Origin: Eledone cirrhosa
Taxonomy: Eukaryota
Assembly (NCBI GenBank): GCA_964016885.1
Contig: OZ024742.1
Span: 370,884,001 to 370,948,000, forward strand
DNA: 64,000 bases
Direction of reading: 5' to 3'
The position numbers were made by a program, and so were the translations under genes. The notes beneath the pieces are model-generated. The model was given only the letters and a program-made list of their open reading frames with translations, did not search any database and had not been told where the DNA came from. Positions within the stretch are counted from its first letter, which is position 1. The number at the start of each line of letters is the position of its first letter. Of the stretch, positions 11,002-23,959 are shown piece by piece.

Positions 11002-14000
11002 ACCTCTGGCCTTCAGCAGTGTGTTAGAGAGTGTCACCTTAGCTGAGCAATGACAACACACCTCTGGCCTTCAGCAGTTTGCTAAACAGTGTCACCTTAG
11101 CTGAGCAATGAAAACACACATCTGGCCTTCAGCAGTGTGTTAGACAGTGTCACCTGAGCTGAGCAATGAAAACACACCTCTGGCCTTCAGCAGTGTGTTA
11201 GACAGTGTCCCCTTAGCTGAGCAATGAAAACACACCTCTGGGCTTCAGCAGTGTGTTAGACAGTGTCACCTTAGCTGAGCAATGAAAAAACACCTCTGGC
11301 CTTCAGCAGTGTGTTAGACAGTGTCACCTTAGCTGAGCAATGAAAACACACATCTGGTCTTCAGCAGTGTGTTAGACAGTGTCACCTGAGCTGAGCAATG
11401 AAAACACACATCTGGCCTTGAGCAGTGTGTTAGACAGTGTCACATTGGCTGAGCCATGAAAACACGCCTCTGGCTTTCAGCTGTGTGTTAGACAGTGTCA
11501 CCTTAGCTGAACAATGAAAACACACATATGGCCTTCAGCAGTGTGTTAGACAGTGTCACCTTAGCTGAGCATTGAAAACACACATATGGCCTTCAGCAGT
11601 ATGTTAGACAGTGTCACCTTAGCTGAGCAATGAAAACAAGCCTCTGATCTTCAGCAGTGTGTTAGACAGTGTCACCTTAGCTGAGCAATGAAAACACACA
11701 TCTGGCCTTAAGCAGTGTGTTAGAGAGTGTCACCTTAGCTGAGCAATGAAAACACGCAACTGGCCTTCAGCAGTTTGTTAGATAGTGTCACCTTAGCTGA
11801 CAATGAAAACACACCTCTGGCCTTCAGCAGTGTGTAAGACAGTGTCACCTTATCTGAGCAATGAAAACACACATCTGGTCTTCAGCAGTGTGTTAGACAG
11901 TGTCACCTGAGCTGAGCAATGAAAACACACCTCTGGCCTTCAGCATTGTGCTAGACAGTGTCACCTTAGCTGAGCAATGAAAACACACCACTAGCCTTCA
12001 GCAGTTTGCTAGACCGTGTCAGCTTAGCTGAACAATGAAAACACACATCTGGCCTTCAGCAGTGTGTTAGACAGTGTCACCTGAGCTGAGCAATGAAAAC
12101 ACACATCTGGTCTTCAGCATTGTGCTAGACAGTGTCACCTTAGCTGAGCAATGAAAACACACCTCTGGCCTTCAGCAGTGTGTTAGAGAGTGTCACCTTA
12201 GCTGAGCAATGACAACACACCTCTGGCCTTCAGCAGTTTGCTAAACAGTGTCACCTTAGCTGAGCAATGAAAACACACATCTGGCCTTCAGCAGTGTGTT
12301 AGACAGTGTCACCTGAGCTGAGCAATGAAAACACACATATGGCCTTGAGCAGTGTGTTAGACAGTGTCCCCTTAGCTGAGCAATGAAAACACACCTCTGG
12401 GCTTCAGCAGTGTGTTAGACAGTGTCACCTTAGCTGAGCAATGAAAAAACACCTCTGGCCTTCAGCAGTGTGTTAGACAGTGTCACCTTAGCTGAGCAAT
12501 GAGAACACACATCTGGTCTTCAGCAGTGTGTTAGACAGTGTCACCTGAGCTGAGCAATGAAAACACACATATGGCCTTGAGCAGTGTGTTAGACAGTGTC
12601 ACCTTAGCTGCGCAATGAAAACACACATCTGGTCTTCAGCAGTGTGTTAGACAGTGTCACCTTAGCTGAGCAATGAAAACACACCTCTGGGCTTCAGCAG
12701 TGTGCTAGAAAGTGTCACCTTAGGTGAGCAATGAAAACACACATATGGCTTTCAGCAGTAAGTTAGACAGTGTCACCTTAGCTGAGCAATGAAAACACGC
12801 CTCTGATATTCAGCAGTGTGTTAGACAGTGTCACCTTAGCTGAGCAATGAAAACACACATCTGGTCTTCAGCAGTGTGTTAGACAGTGTCACCTGAGCTG
12901 AGCAATGAAAACACACCTCTGGCCTTCAGCATTGTGCTAGACAGTGTCACCTTAGCTGAGCAATGAAAACACACCACTAGCCTTCAGCAGTTTGCTAGAC
13001 TGTGTCAGCTTAGCTGAACAATGAAAACACACATCTGGCGTTCAGCAGTGTGTTAGACAGTGTCACCTTAGCTGAGCAATGAAAACACACATCTGGCCTT
13101 CAGCCGTATGCTAGACAGAGTCACCTTAGCTGAGCAATGAAAACACACATCTGGCCTTCAGCAGTGTGTTAGACAGTGTCACCTGAGCTGAGCAATGAAA
13201 ACACACCTCTGGCCTTCAGCAGTGTGCTAGACAGTGTCACCTTAGCTGAGCAATGAAAACACACCTCTAGCCTTCAGCAGTTTGCTAGACAGTGTCACCT
13301 TAGCTGAACAATGAAAACACACATCTGGCCTTCAGCAGTGTGTTAGACAGTGTCACCTTAGCTGAGCAATGAAAACACACATCTGGTCTTCAGCAGTGTG
13401 TTAGACAGTGTCACCTTAGGTGAGCAATGAAAATACGCCTCTGGCCTTCAGCTGTGTGTTAGACAGTGTCACCTTAGCTGAGCAATGAAAACACACCTCT
13501 GGCCTTCAGCAGTGTGTTAGACAGTGTCACCTTAGCTGAGCAATTAAAACACACCTCTGGGCTTCAGCAGTGTGTAAGATAGTGTCACCTTAGCTGAGCA
13601 ATGAAAACACACATCTGGTCTTCAGCAGTGTGTTAGACAGTGTCACCTGAGCTGAGCAATGAAAAGACACATATGGCCTTGAGCAGTGTGTTAGACAGTG
13701 TCACCTTAGCTGAGCAATGAAAACACACATCTGGTCTTCAGCAGTGTGTTAGACAGTGTCACCTTAGCTGAGCAATGAAAACACACCTCTGGGCTTCAGC
13801 AGTGTGTTAGACAGTGTCACCTTAGCTGAGCAATGAAAACACACATCTGGTCTTCAGCAGTGTGTTAGAGAGTGTCACCTGAGCAGAGCAATGAAAACAC
13901 ACATATGGCCTTGAGCAGTGTGTTAGACAGTGGCAGCTTAGCTGGGCAATGAAAACACACATCTGGTCTTCAGCAGTGTGTTAGACAGTGTCACCTTAGC

Positions 14001-14599
14001 TGGCAATGAAAACACGCTTCTGGCCTTCAGCAGTGTGTTAGACAGTTTCACCTTAGCTGAGCAATGAAAACACACATCTGGCCTTAAGCAGTGTGTTAGA
14101 CAGTGTCACCTTAGCTGAGCAATGAAAACACGCCACTGGCCTTCAGCAGTGTGTTAGACAGTGTCACCTTAGCTGAGAAATGAAAACACACCTCTGGCCT
14201 TCAGCAGTGTGTTAGAGAGTGTCACCTTAGCTGAGCAATAAAAGCACACATATGGCCTTCAGCAGTGTGTTAGACAGTGTCACCTTAGCTGAGCAATGAA
14301 AACACACATCTGGCCTTCAGCAGTGTGTTAGACAGTGTCACCTTAGCTGACCAATGACAACACACCTCTGGCCTTCAGCAGTGTGTTAGACAGTGTCACC
14401 TTAGCTGAGAAATGAAAACATACATCTGGCCTTCAGCAGTGTGTTAGACAGTGTCACCTTAGCTGAGCAATGAAAACACACATCTGGCCTTCAGCAGTGT
14501 GTTAGACAGTGTCACCTTATCTGAGCATTGAAAACACACATCTGGTCTTCAGCAGTGTGTTAGACAGTGTCACCTGAGCTGAGCAATGAAAACACAACT

Positions 14600-17500
14600 C
14601 TGGGCTTCAGCAGTGTGTTAGACAGTGTCACCTTAGCTGAGCAATGAAAACACACATCTGGTCTTCAGCAGTCTGTTAGACAGTGTCACCTTAGCTGAGC
14701 AATGAAAACACACATCTGGTCTTCAGCAGTGTGTTAGACAGTGTCACCTTAGCTGAGCAATGAAAACACACCTCTGGGCTTCAGCAGTATGTTAGACAGT
14801 GTCACCTTAGCTGAGCAATGAAAACACACATATGGCCTTCAGCAGTGTGTTAGAGAGTGTCACCTTAGCTGAGCAATGAAAACACACATATGGCCTTCAG
14901 CAGTGCGTTAGACAGTGTCACCTGAGCTGAGCAATGAAAACACGCCTCTGGCCTTCAGCTGTTGGTTAGACAGTGTCACCTTAGCTGAACAATGAAAACA
15001 CACATATGGCCTTCAGCAGTTTGTTAGAGAGTGTCACCTTAGCTGAGGAATGAAAACACACATATGGCCTTCAGCAGTATGTTAGACAGTGTCACCTTAG
15101 CTGAGCAATGAAAACACGCTTCTGGCCTTCAGCAGTGTGTTAGACAGTGTCACCTTAGCTGAGCAATGAAAACACACATCTGGCCTTCAGAAGTGTGTTA
15201 GACAGTGTCACCTTAGCTGAGCAATGAAAACACGCCACTGGCCTTCAGCAGTGTGTTAGACAGTGTCACCTTAGCTGACAATGAAAACACACCTCTGGCC
15301 TTCAGCAGTGTGTTAGAGAGTGTCACCTTAGCTGAGCAATAGAAGCACACATATGGCCTTCAGCAGTGTGTTAGACAGTGTCACCTTAGCTGAGCAATGA
15401 AAACACACATCTGGCCTTCAGCAGTGTGTTAGACAGTGTTACCTTAGCTGAGCAATGACAACACACCTCTGGCCTTCAGCAGTGTGTTAGACAGTGTCAC
15501 CTTAGCTGAGCAATGAAAACACACATCTGGCCTTCAGCAGTGTGTTAGACTGTGTCACCTTAGCTGAGCAATGAAAACACACATATGGCCTTCAGCAGTG
15601 TGTTAGACAGTGTCACCTTATCTGAGCGATGAAAACACACATCTGGTCTTCAGCAGTGTGTTAGACAGTGTCACCTGAGCTGAGCAATGAAAACACACCT
15701 CTGGCCTTCAGCATTGTGCTAGACAGTGTCACCTTAGCTGAGCAATGACAACACACCTCTATCCTTCAGCAGTTTGCTAGACATTGTCAGCTTAGCTGAA
15801 CAATGAAAACACACATCTGGCCTTCAGCCATATGCTAGACAGTGTCACCTTAGCTGAGCAATGAAAACGCACATCTGGCCTTCAGCAGTGTGTTAGACAG
15901 TGTCACCTGAGCTGAGCAATGAAAACACACCTCTGGCCTTCAGCAGTGTGTTAGACAGTGTCCCCTTAGCTGAGCAACGAAAACACACCTCTGGCCTTCA
16001 GCAGTTTGCTAGACAGTGTCACCTTAGCTGAGCAATGAAAACACACATCTGGCCTTCAGCAGTGTGTTAGACAGTGTCACCTTAGCTGAGCAATGAAAAC
16101 ATACCTCTGGTCTTCAGCAGTGTGTTAGACAGTGTCACCTGAGCTGAGCAATGAAAACACACCTCTGGCCTTCAGCAGTGTGCTAGACAGTGTCACCTTA
16201 GCTGAGCAATGAAAACACGCCTCTAGTCTTCAGCAGTTTGCTAGACAGTGTCACCTTAGCTGAACAATGAAAACACACATCTGGCCTTCAGCTGTGTTTT
16301 CGACAGTGTCACCTTAGCTGAGCAGTGAAAACACACATCTGGTCTTCAGCAGTGTGTTAGACAGTGTCACCTTAGCTGAGCAATGAAAACACGCCTCTGG
16401 CCTTCAGCTGTGTGTTAGACAGTGTCACCTTAGCTGAGCAATGAAAAGACACCTCTGGCCTTCAGCAGTGTGTTAGACAGTGTCACCTTAGCTGACCAAT
16501 GACAACACACCTCTGGCCTTGAGCAGTGTGTTAGACAGTGTCACCTTAGCTGAGCAATGAAAACACACATCTGGCCTTAAGCAGTGTGTTAGACAGTGTC
16601 ACCTTAGCTGAGCAATGAAAACACGCCTCTGGCCTTCAGCAGTGTGTTAGACAGTGTCACCTTAGCTGAGCAATGAAAACACACATCCGGCCTTAAGCAG
16701 TGTGTTAGACAGTGTCACCTTAGCTGAGCAATGAAAACACACATCTGGTCTTCAGCAGTCTGTTAGACAGTGTCACCTTAGCTGAGCAATGAAAACACAC
16801 ATCTGGTCTTCAGCAGTGTGTTAGACAGTGTCACCTTAGCTGAGCAATGAAAACACACCTCTGGGCTTCAGCAGTATGTTAGACAGTGTCACCTTAGCTG
16901 AGCAATGAAAACACACATATGGCCTTCAGCAGTGTGTTAGACAGTGTCACCTTAGCTGAGCAATGAAAACACACATCTGGCCTTCAGCAGTGTGTTAGAC
17001 AGTGTCACCTGAGCTGAGCAATGAAAACACGCCTCTGGCCTTCAGCTGTTGGTTAGACAGTGTCACCTTAGCTGAACAATGAAAACACACATATGGCCTT
17101 CAGCAGTGTGTTAGACTGTGTCACCTTAGCTGAGCAATGAAAACACACATCTGGCCATCAGCAGTGTGTTAGACAGTGTCACCTTATCTGAGCAATGAAA
17201 ACACACATCTGGTCTTCAGCAGTGTGTTAGACAGTGTCACCTGAGCTGAGCAATGAAAACACACCTCTGGCCTTCAGCATTGTGCTAGACAGTGTCACCT
17301 TAGCTGAGCAATGACAACACACCTCTATCCTTCAGCAGTTTGCTAGACATTGTCAGCTTAGCTGAACAATGAAAACACACATCTGGCCTTCAGCAGTGTG
17401 TTAGACAGTGTCACCTTAGCTGAGCAATGAAAACACACATCTGGTCTTTATCAGTGTGTTAGACAGTGTCACCTTAGCTGAGCAATGAAAACACACATCT

Positions 17501-18420
17501 GGTCTTCAGCCGTATGCTAGACAGTGTCACCTTAGCTGAGCAATGAAAACGCACATCTGGCCTTCAGCAGTGTGTTAGACAGTGTCACCTGAGCTGAGCA
17601 ATGAAAACACACCTCTGGCCTTCAGCAGTGTGTTAGACAGTGTCCCCTTAGCTGAGCAACGAAAACACACCTCTGGCCTTCAGCTGTTTGCTAGACAGTG
17701 TCACCTTAGCTGAGCAATGAAAACACACATCTGGCCTTCAGCAGTGTGTTAGACAGTGTCATCTTAGCTGAGCAATGAAAACATACCTCTGGTCTTCAGC
17801 AGTGTGTTAGACAGTGTCACCTGAGCTGAGCAATGAAAACACACATCTGGCCTTCAGCAGTGTGCTAGACAGTGTCACCTTAGCTGAGCAATGAAAACAC
17901 GCCTCTAGTCTTCAGCAGTTTGCTAGACAGTGTCACCTTAGCTGAACAATGAAAACACACATCTGGCCTTCAGCTGTGTTTTCGACAGTGTCACCTTAGC
18001 TGAGCAGTGAAAACACACATCTGGCCTTCAGCAGTGTGTTAGACAGTGTCACCTTAGCTGAGCAATGAAAACACGCCTCTGGCCTTCAGCTGTGTGTTAG
18101 ACAGTGTCACCTTAGCTGAGCAATGAAAAGACACCTCTGGCCTTCAGCAGTGTGTTAGACAGTGTCACCTTAGCTGACCAATGACAACACACCTCTGGCC
18201 TTGAGCAGTGTGTTAGACAGTGTCACCTTAGCTGAGCAATGAAAACACACATCTGGCCTTAAGCAGTGTGTTAGACAGTGTCACCTTAGCTGAGCAATGA
18301 AAACACGCCTCTGGCCTTCAGCAGTGTGTTAGACAGTGTCACCTTAGCTGAGCAATGAAAACACACATCCGGCCTTAAGCAGTGTGTTAGACAGTGTCAC
18401 CTTAGCTGAGCAATGAAAAC
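14600..18420 (+). repeat. Older tandem duplication of about 36 monomers, altered by whole-monomer indels
   Basis: GTCTGTTAG at 14671/16758 and GTTGGTTAG at 14961/17048 (offset 2,087 = 36 x 58 - 1); ATCCTTCAG at 15761/17327 (1,566 = 27 x 58); CGACAG at 16301/17983 (1,682 = 29 x 58). Confidence 0.8.
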
Positions 18421-21400
18421 ACGCCTCTGGCCTTCAGCTGTGTGTTAGACAGTGTCACCTTAGCTGAGCAATGAAAAGACACCTCTGGCCTTCAGCAGTG
18501 TGTTAGACAGTGTCACCTTAGCTGAGCAATGAAAACACACATCCGGCCTTAAGCAGTGTGTTAGACAGTGTCACCTTAGCTGAGAAATGAAAACACACCT
18601 CTGGCCTTCAGCAGTGTGTTAGAGAGTGTCACCTTAGCTGAGCAATAAAAGCACACATATGGCCTTCAGCAGTGTGTTAGACAGTGTCACCTTAGCTGAG
18701 CAATGAAAACATGCCACTGGCCTTCAGCAGTGTGTTAGACAGTGTCACCTTAGCTGACAATGAAAACACACCTCTGGCCTTCAGCAGTGTGTTAGAGAGT
18801 GTCACCTTAGCTGAGCAATAGAAGCACACATATGGCCTTCAGCAGTGTGTTAGACAGTGTCACCTTAGCTGAGCAATGAAAACACACATCTGGCCTTCAG
18901 CAGTGTGTTAGACAGTGTCACCTTATCTGAGCATTGAAAACACACATCTGGTCTTCAGCAGTGTGTTAGACAGTGTCACCTTAGCTGAGCAATGAAAACA
19001 CACATCTGGCCTTCAGCCGTATGCTAGACAGTGTCACCTTAGCTGAGCAATGAAAGCACACATCTGGCCTTCAGCAGTGTGTTAGACAGTGTCACCTGAG
19101 CTGAGCAATGAAAACACACCTCTGGCTTTCAGCAGTGTGTTAGACAGTGTCCCCTTAGCTGAGCAATGAAAACACACCTCTGGCCTTCAGCAGTTTGCTA
19201 GACAGTGTCACCTTAGCTGAGCAATGAAAACACACATCTGGCCTTCAGCAGTGTGTTAGACAGTGTCACCTTAGCTGAGCAATGAAAACATACCTCTGGT
19301 CTTCAGCAGTGTGTTAGACAGTGTCCCCTGAGCTGAGCAATGAAAACACACCTCTGGCCTTCAGCAGTGTGTTAGGCAGTGTCACCTTAGCTGAGCAATG
19401 AAAACACACATCTGGTCTTCAGAAGTGTGTTAGACAGTGTCACCTTAGCTGAGCAATGAAAACACGCCACTGGCCTTCAGCAGTGTGTTAGGCAGTGTCA
19501 CCTTAGCTGACAATGAAAACACACCTCTGGCCTTCAGCAGTGTGTTAGAGAGTGTCACCTTAGCTGAGCAATAGAAGCACACATATGGCCTTCAGCAGTG
19601 TGTTAGACAGTGTCACCTTAGCTGAGCAATGAATACACACATCTGGCCTTCAGCAGTGTGTTAGACAGTGTCACCTTAGCTGAGCAATGACAACACACCT
19701 TTGGCCTTCAGCAGTGTGTTAGACAGTGTCACCTTAGCTGAGCAATGAAAACACACATCTGGCCTTCAGCAGTGTGTTAGACAGTGTCACTTGAGCTGAG
19801 CAATGAAAACACACCTCTGGCCTTCAGCATTGTGCTAGACAGTGTCACCTTAGCTGAGCAATGAAAACACACATCTGGCCTTCAGCAGTGTGTAAGACAG
19901 TGTCACCTGAGCTGAGCAATGAAAACACACCTCTGGCCTTCAGCAGTGTGTTAGACAGTGTCACCTTAGCTGAGCAATGAAAACACACATCTGGCCTTCA
20001 GCAGTGTGTTAGACAGTGTCACCTTAGCTGAGCAATGACAACACACCTCTGGCCTTCAGCAGTGTGTTAGACAGTGTCACCTTAGCTGAGCAATAAAAAC
20101 ACACATCTGGCCTTCAGCAGTGTGTTAGACAGTGTCACCTTATCTGAGCAATGAAAACACACATCTGGCCATCAGCAGTGTGTTAGACAGTGTCACCTTA
20201 TCTGAGCAATGAAAACACACATCTGGTCTTCAGCAGTGTGTTAGACAGTGTCACCTGAGCTGAGCAATGAAAACACACCTCTGGCCTTCAGAATTGTGCT
20301 AGACAGTGTCACCTTAGCTGAGCAATGACAACACACCTCTAGCCTTCAGCAATTTGCTAGACATTGTCAGCTTAGCTGAACAATGAAAACACACATCTGG
20401 CCTTCAGCAGTGTGTTAGACAGTGTCACCTTAGCTGAGCAATGAAAACACACATCTGGTCTTCAGCAGTGTGTTAGACAGTGTCACCTTAGCTGAGCAAT
20501 GAAAACACACATCTGGCCTTCAGCCGTATGCTAGACAGTGTCACCTTAGCTGAGCAATGAAAACACACATCTGGCCTTCAGCAGTGTGTTAGACAGTGTC
20601 ACCTGAGCTGAGCAATGAAAACACACCTCTGGCCTTCAGCAGTGTGTTAGACAGTGTCCCCTTAGCTGAGCAATAAAAACACACCTCTGGCCTTCAGCAG
20701 TTTACTAGACAGTGTCACCTTAGCTGAGCAATGAAAACACACATCTGGCCTTCAGCAGTGTGTTAGACAGTGTCACCTTACCTGAGCAATGAAAACATAC
20801 CTCTGGTCTTCAGCAGTGTGTTAGACAGTGTCACCTGAGCTGAGCAATGAAAATACACCTCTGGCTTTCAGCAGTGTGCTAGACAGTGTCACCTTAGCTG
20901 AGCAATGAAAACACGCCTCTAGCCTTCAGCAGTTTGCTAGACAGTGTCACCTTAGCTGAACAATGAAAACACACATCTGGCCTTCAGCAGTGTGTTAGAC
21001 AGTGTCACCTTAGCTGAGCAATGAAAACACACATCTGGTCTTCAGCAGTGTGTTAGGCAGTGTCACCTTAGCTGAGCAATGAAAACACGCCTCTGGCCTT
21101 CAGCTGTGTGTTAGACAGTGTCACCTTAGCTGAGCAATGAAAACACGCCTCTGGCCTTCAGCTGTGTGTTAGACAGTGCCACCTTAGCTGAGCAATGAAA
21201 AGACACCTCTGGGCTTCAGCAGTGTGTTAGACAGTGTCACCTCAGCTGAGCAATGAAAACACACCTCTGGGCTTCAGCAGTGTGTTAGACAGTGTCACCT
21301 TAGCTGAGCAATGAGAACACACATCTGGTCTTCAGCAGTGTGTTAGACAGTGTCACCTGAGCTGAGCAATGAAAACACACATATGGCCTTGAGCAGTGTG

Positions 21401-23959
21401 TTAGACAGTGTCACCTTAGCTGCGCAATGAAAACACACATCTGGTCTTCAGCAGTGTGTTAGACAGTGTCACCTTAGCTGAGCAATGAAAACACGCCTCT
21501 GGCCTTCAGCTGTGTGTTAGACAGTGTCACCTTAGCTGAGCAATGAAAACACAGATATGGCCTTCAGCAGTATGTTAGACAGTGTCACCTTAGCTGAGCA
21601 ATGAAAACACGCCTCTGGCCTTCAGCAGTGTGTTAGAAAGTGTCACCTTAGCTGAACAATGAAAACACACCTCTGGCCTTCAGCAGTGTGTTAGACAGTG
21701 TCACCTTAGCTGAGCAATGAAAACACACATATGGCCTTCAGCAGTGTGTTAAACAGTGTCACCTTAGCTGAGCAATGAAAACACACATATGGCCTTCAGC
21801 AGTGTGTTAGACTGTGTCACCTTAGCTGAGCAATGAAAACACGCTTCTGGCCTTCAGCAGTGTGTTAGACAGTGTCACCTTAGCTGAGCAATGAAAACAC
21901 GCCACTGGCCTTCAGCAGTGTGTTAGACAGTGTCACCTAAGCTGACAATGAAAACACACCTCTGGCCTTCAGCAGTGTGTTAGAGAGTGTCACCTTAGCT
22001 GAGCAATAGAAGCACACATATGGCCTTCAGCAGTGTGTTAGACAGTGTCACCTTAGCTGAGAAATGAAAACACACATCTGGCCTTCAGCAGTGTGTTAGA
22101 CAGTGTCACCTTAGCTGAGCAATGACAACACACCTCTGGCCTTCAGCAGTGTGTTAGACAGTGTCACCTTAGCTGAGCAATGACAACACACCTCTAGCCT
22201 TCAGCAGTTTGCTAGACATTGTCAGCTTAGCTGAACAATGAAAACACACATCTGGCCTTCAGCAGTGTGTTAGACAGTGTCACCTTAGCTGAGCAATGAA
22301 AACACACATCTGGTCTTTAGCAGTGTGTTAGACAGTGTCACCTTAGCTGAGCAATGAAAACACACATCTGGCCTTCAGCCGTATGCTAGACAGTGTCACC
22401 TTAGCTGAGCAATGAAAACACACATCTGGCCTTCAGCAGTGTGTTAGACAGTGTCTTCTGAGCTGAGCAATGAAAACACACCTCTGGCCTTCAGCAGTGT
22501 GTTAGACAGTGTCCCCTTAGCTGAGCAATGAAAACACACCTCTGGCCTTCAGCAGTTTGCTAGACAGTGTCACCTTAGCTGAGCAATGAAAACACACATC
22601 TGGCCTTCAGCAGTGTGTTAGACAGTGTCACCTTAGCTGAGCAATGAAAACACACATCTGGCCTTCAGCAGTGTGTTAGACAGTGTCACCTTAGCTGAGC
22701 AATGAAAACACACCTCTGGTGTTCAGCAGTGTGTTAGACAGTGTCAACTTAGCTGAGCAATGAAAACACGCCTCTGGCCTTCAGCAGTGTGTTAGACAGT
22801 GTCACCTTAGCTGAGCAATGAAAACACACATCTGGCCTTCAGCAGTGTGTTAGACAGTGTCACCTTAGCTGAGCAATGAAAACACACATCTGGCCTTCAG
22901 CAGTGTGTTAGACAGTGTCACCTTAGCTGAGCAATGAAAAGACACCTCTGGGCTTCAGCAGTGTGTTAGACAGTGTCACCTTAGCTGAGCAATGAAAAAA
23001 CACCTCTGGCCTTGAGCAGTGTGTTAGACAGCGTCACCTTAGCTGAGCAATGAAAACACACATATGGCCTTCAGCAGTGTGTTAGACAGTGTCACCTTAG
23101 CTGAGCAATGAAAACACGCCTCTGGCCTTCAGCAGTGTGTTAGACAGTGTCATCTTAGCGGAGCAATGAAAACACGCCTCTGGCCTTCAGCTGTGTGTTA
23201 GACAGTGTCACCTTAGCTGAGCAATGAAAACACACATCTGGCCTTCAGCAGTGTGTTAGACAGGGTCACCTTAGCTGAGCAATGAAAACACACCTCTGGC
23301 CTTCAGCAGTGTGCTAGACAGTGTCACCTTAGCTGAGCAATGAAAACACGCCTCTAGCCTTCAGCAGTTTGCTAGACAGTGTCACCTTAGCTGAACAATG
23401 AAAACACACATCTGGCCTTCAGCAGTGTGTTAGACAGTGTCACCTTAGCTGAGCAATGAAAACACACATCTGGTCTTCAGCAGTGTGTTAGGCAGTGTCA
23501 CCTTAGCTGAGCAATGAAAACACGCCTCTGGCCTTCAGCTGTGTGTTAGACAGTGTCACCTTAGCTGAGCAATGAAAACACGCCTCTGGCCTTCAGCTGT
23601 GTGTTAGACAGTGTCACCTTAGCTGAGCAATGAAAAGACACCTCTGGGCTTCAGCAGTGTGTTAGACAGTGTCACCTTAGCTGAGCAATGAAAACACACC
23701 TCTGGGCTTCAGCAGTTTGTTAGACAGTGTCACCTTAGCTAAGCAATGAGAACACACATCTGGTCTTCAGCAGTGTGTTAGACAGTGTCACCTGAGCTGA
23801 GCAATGAAAACACACATATGGCCTTGAGCAGTGTGTTAGACAGTGTCACCTTAGCTGGGCAATGAAAACACACATCTGGTCTTCAGCAGTGTGTTAGACA
23901 GTGTCACCTTAGCTGAGCAATGAAAACACGCCTCTGGCCTTCAGCTGTGTGTTAGATAG

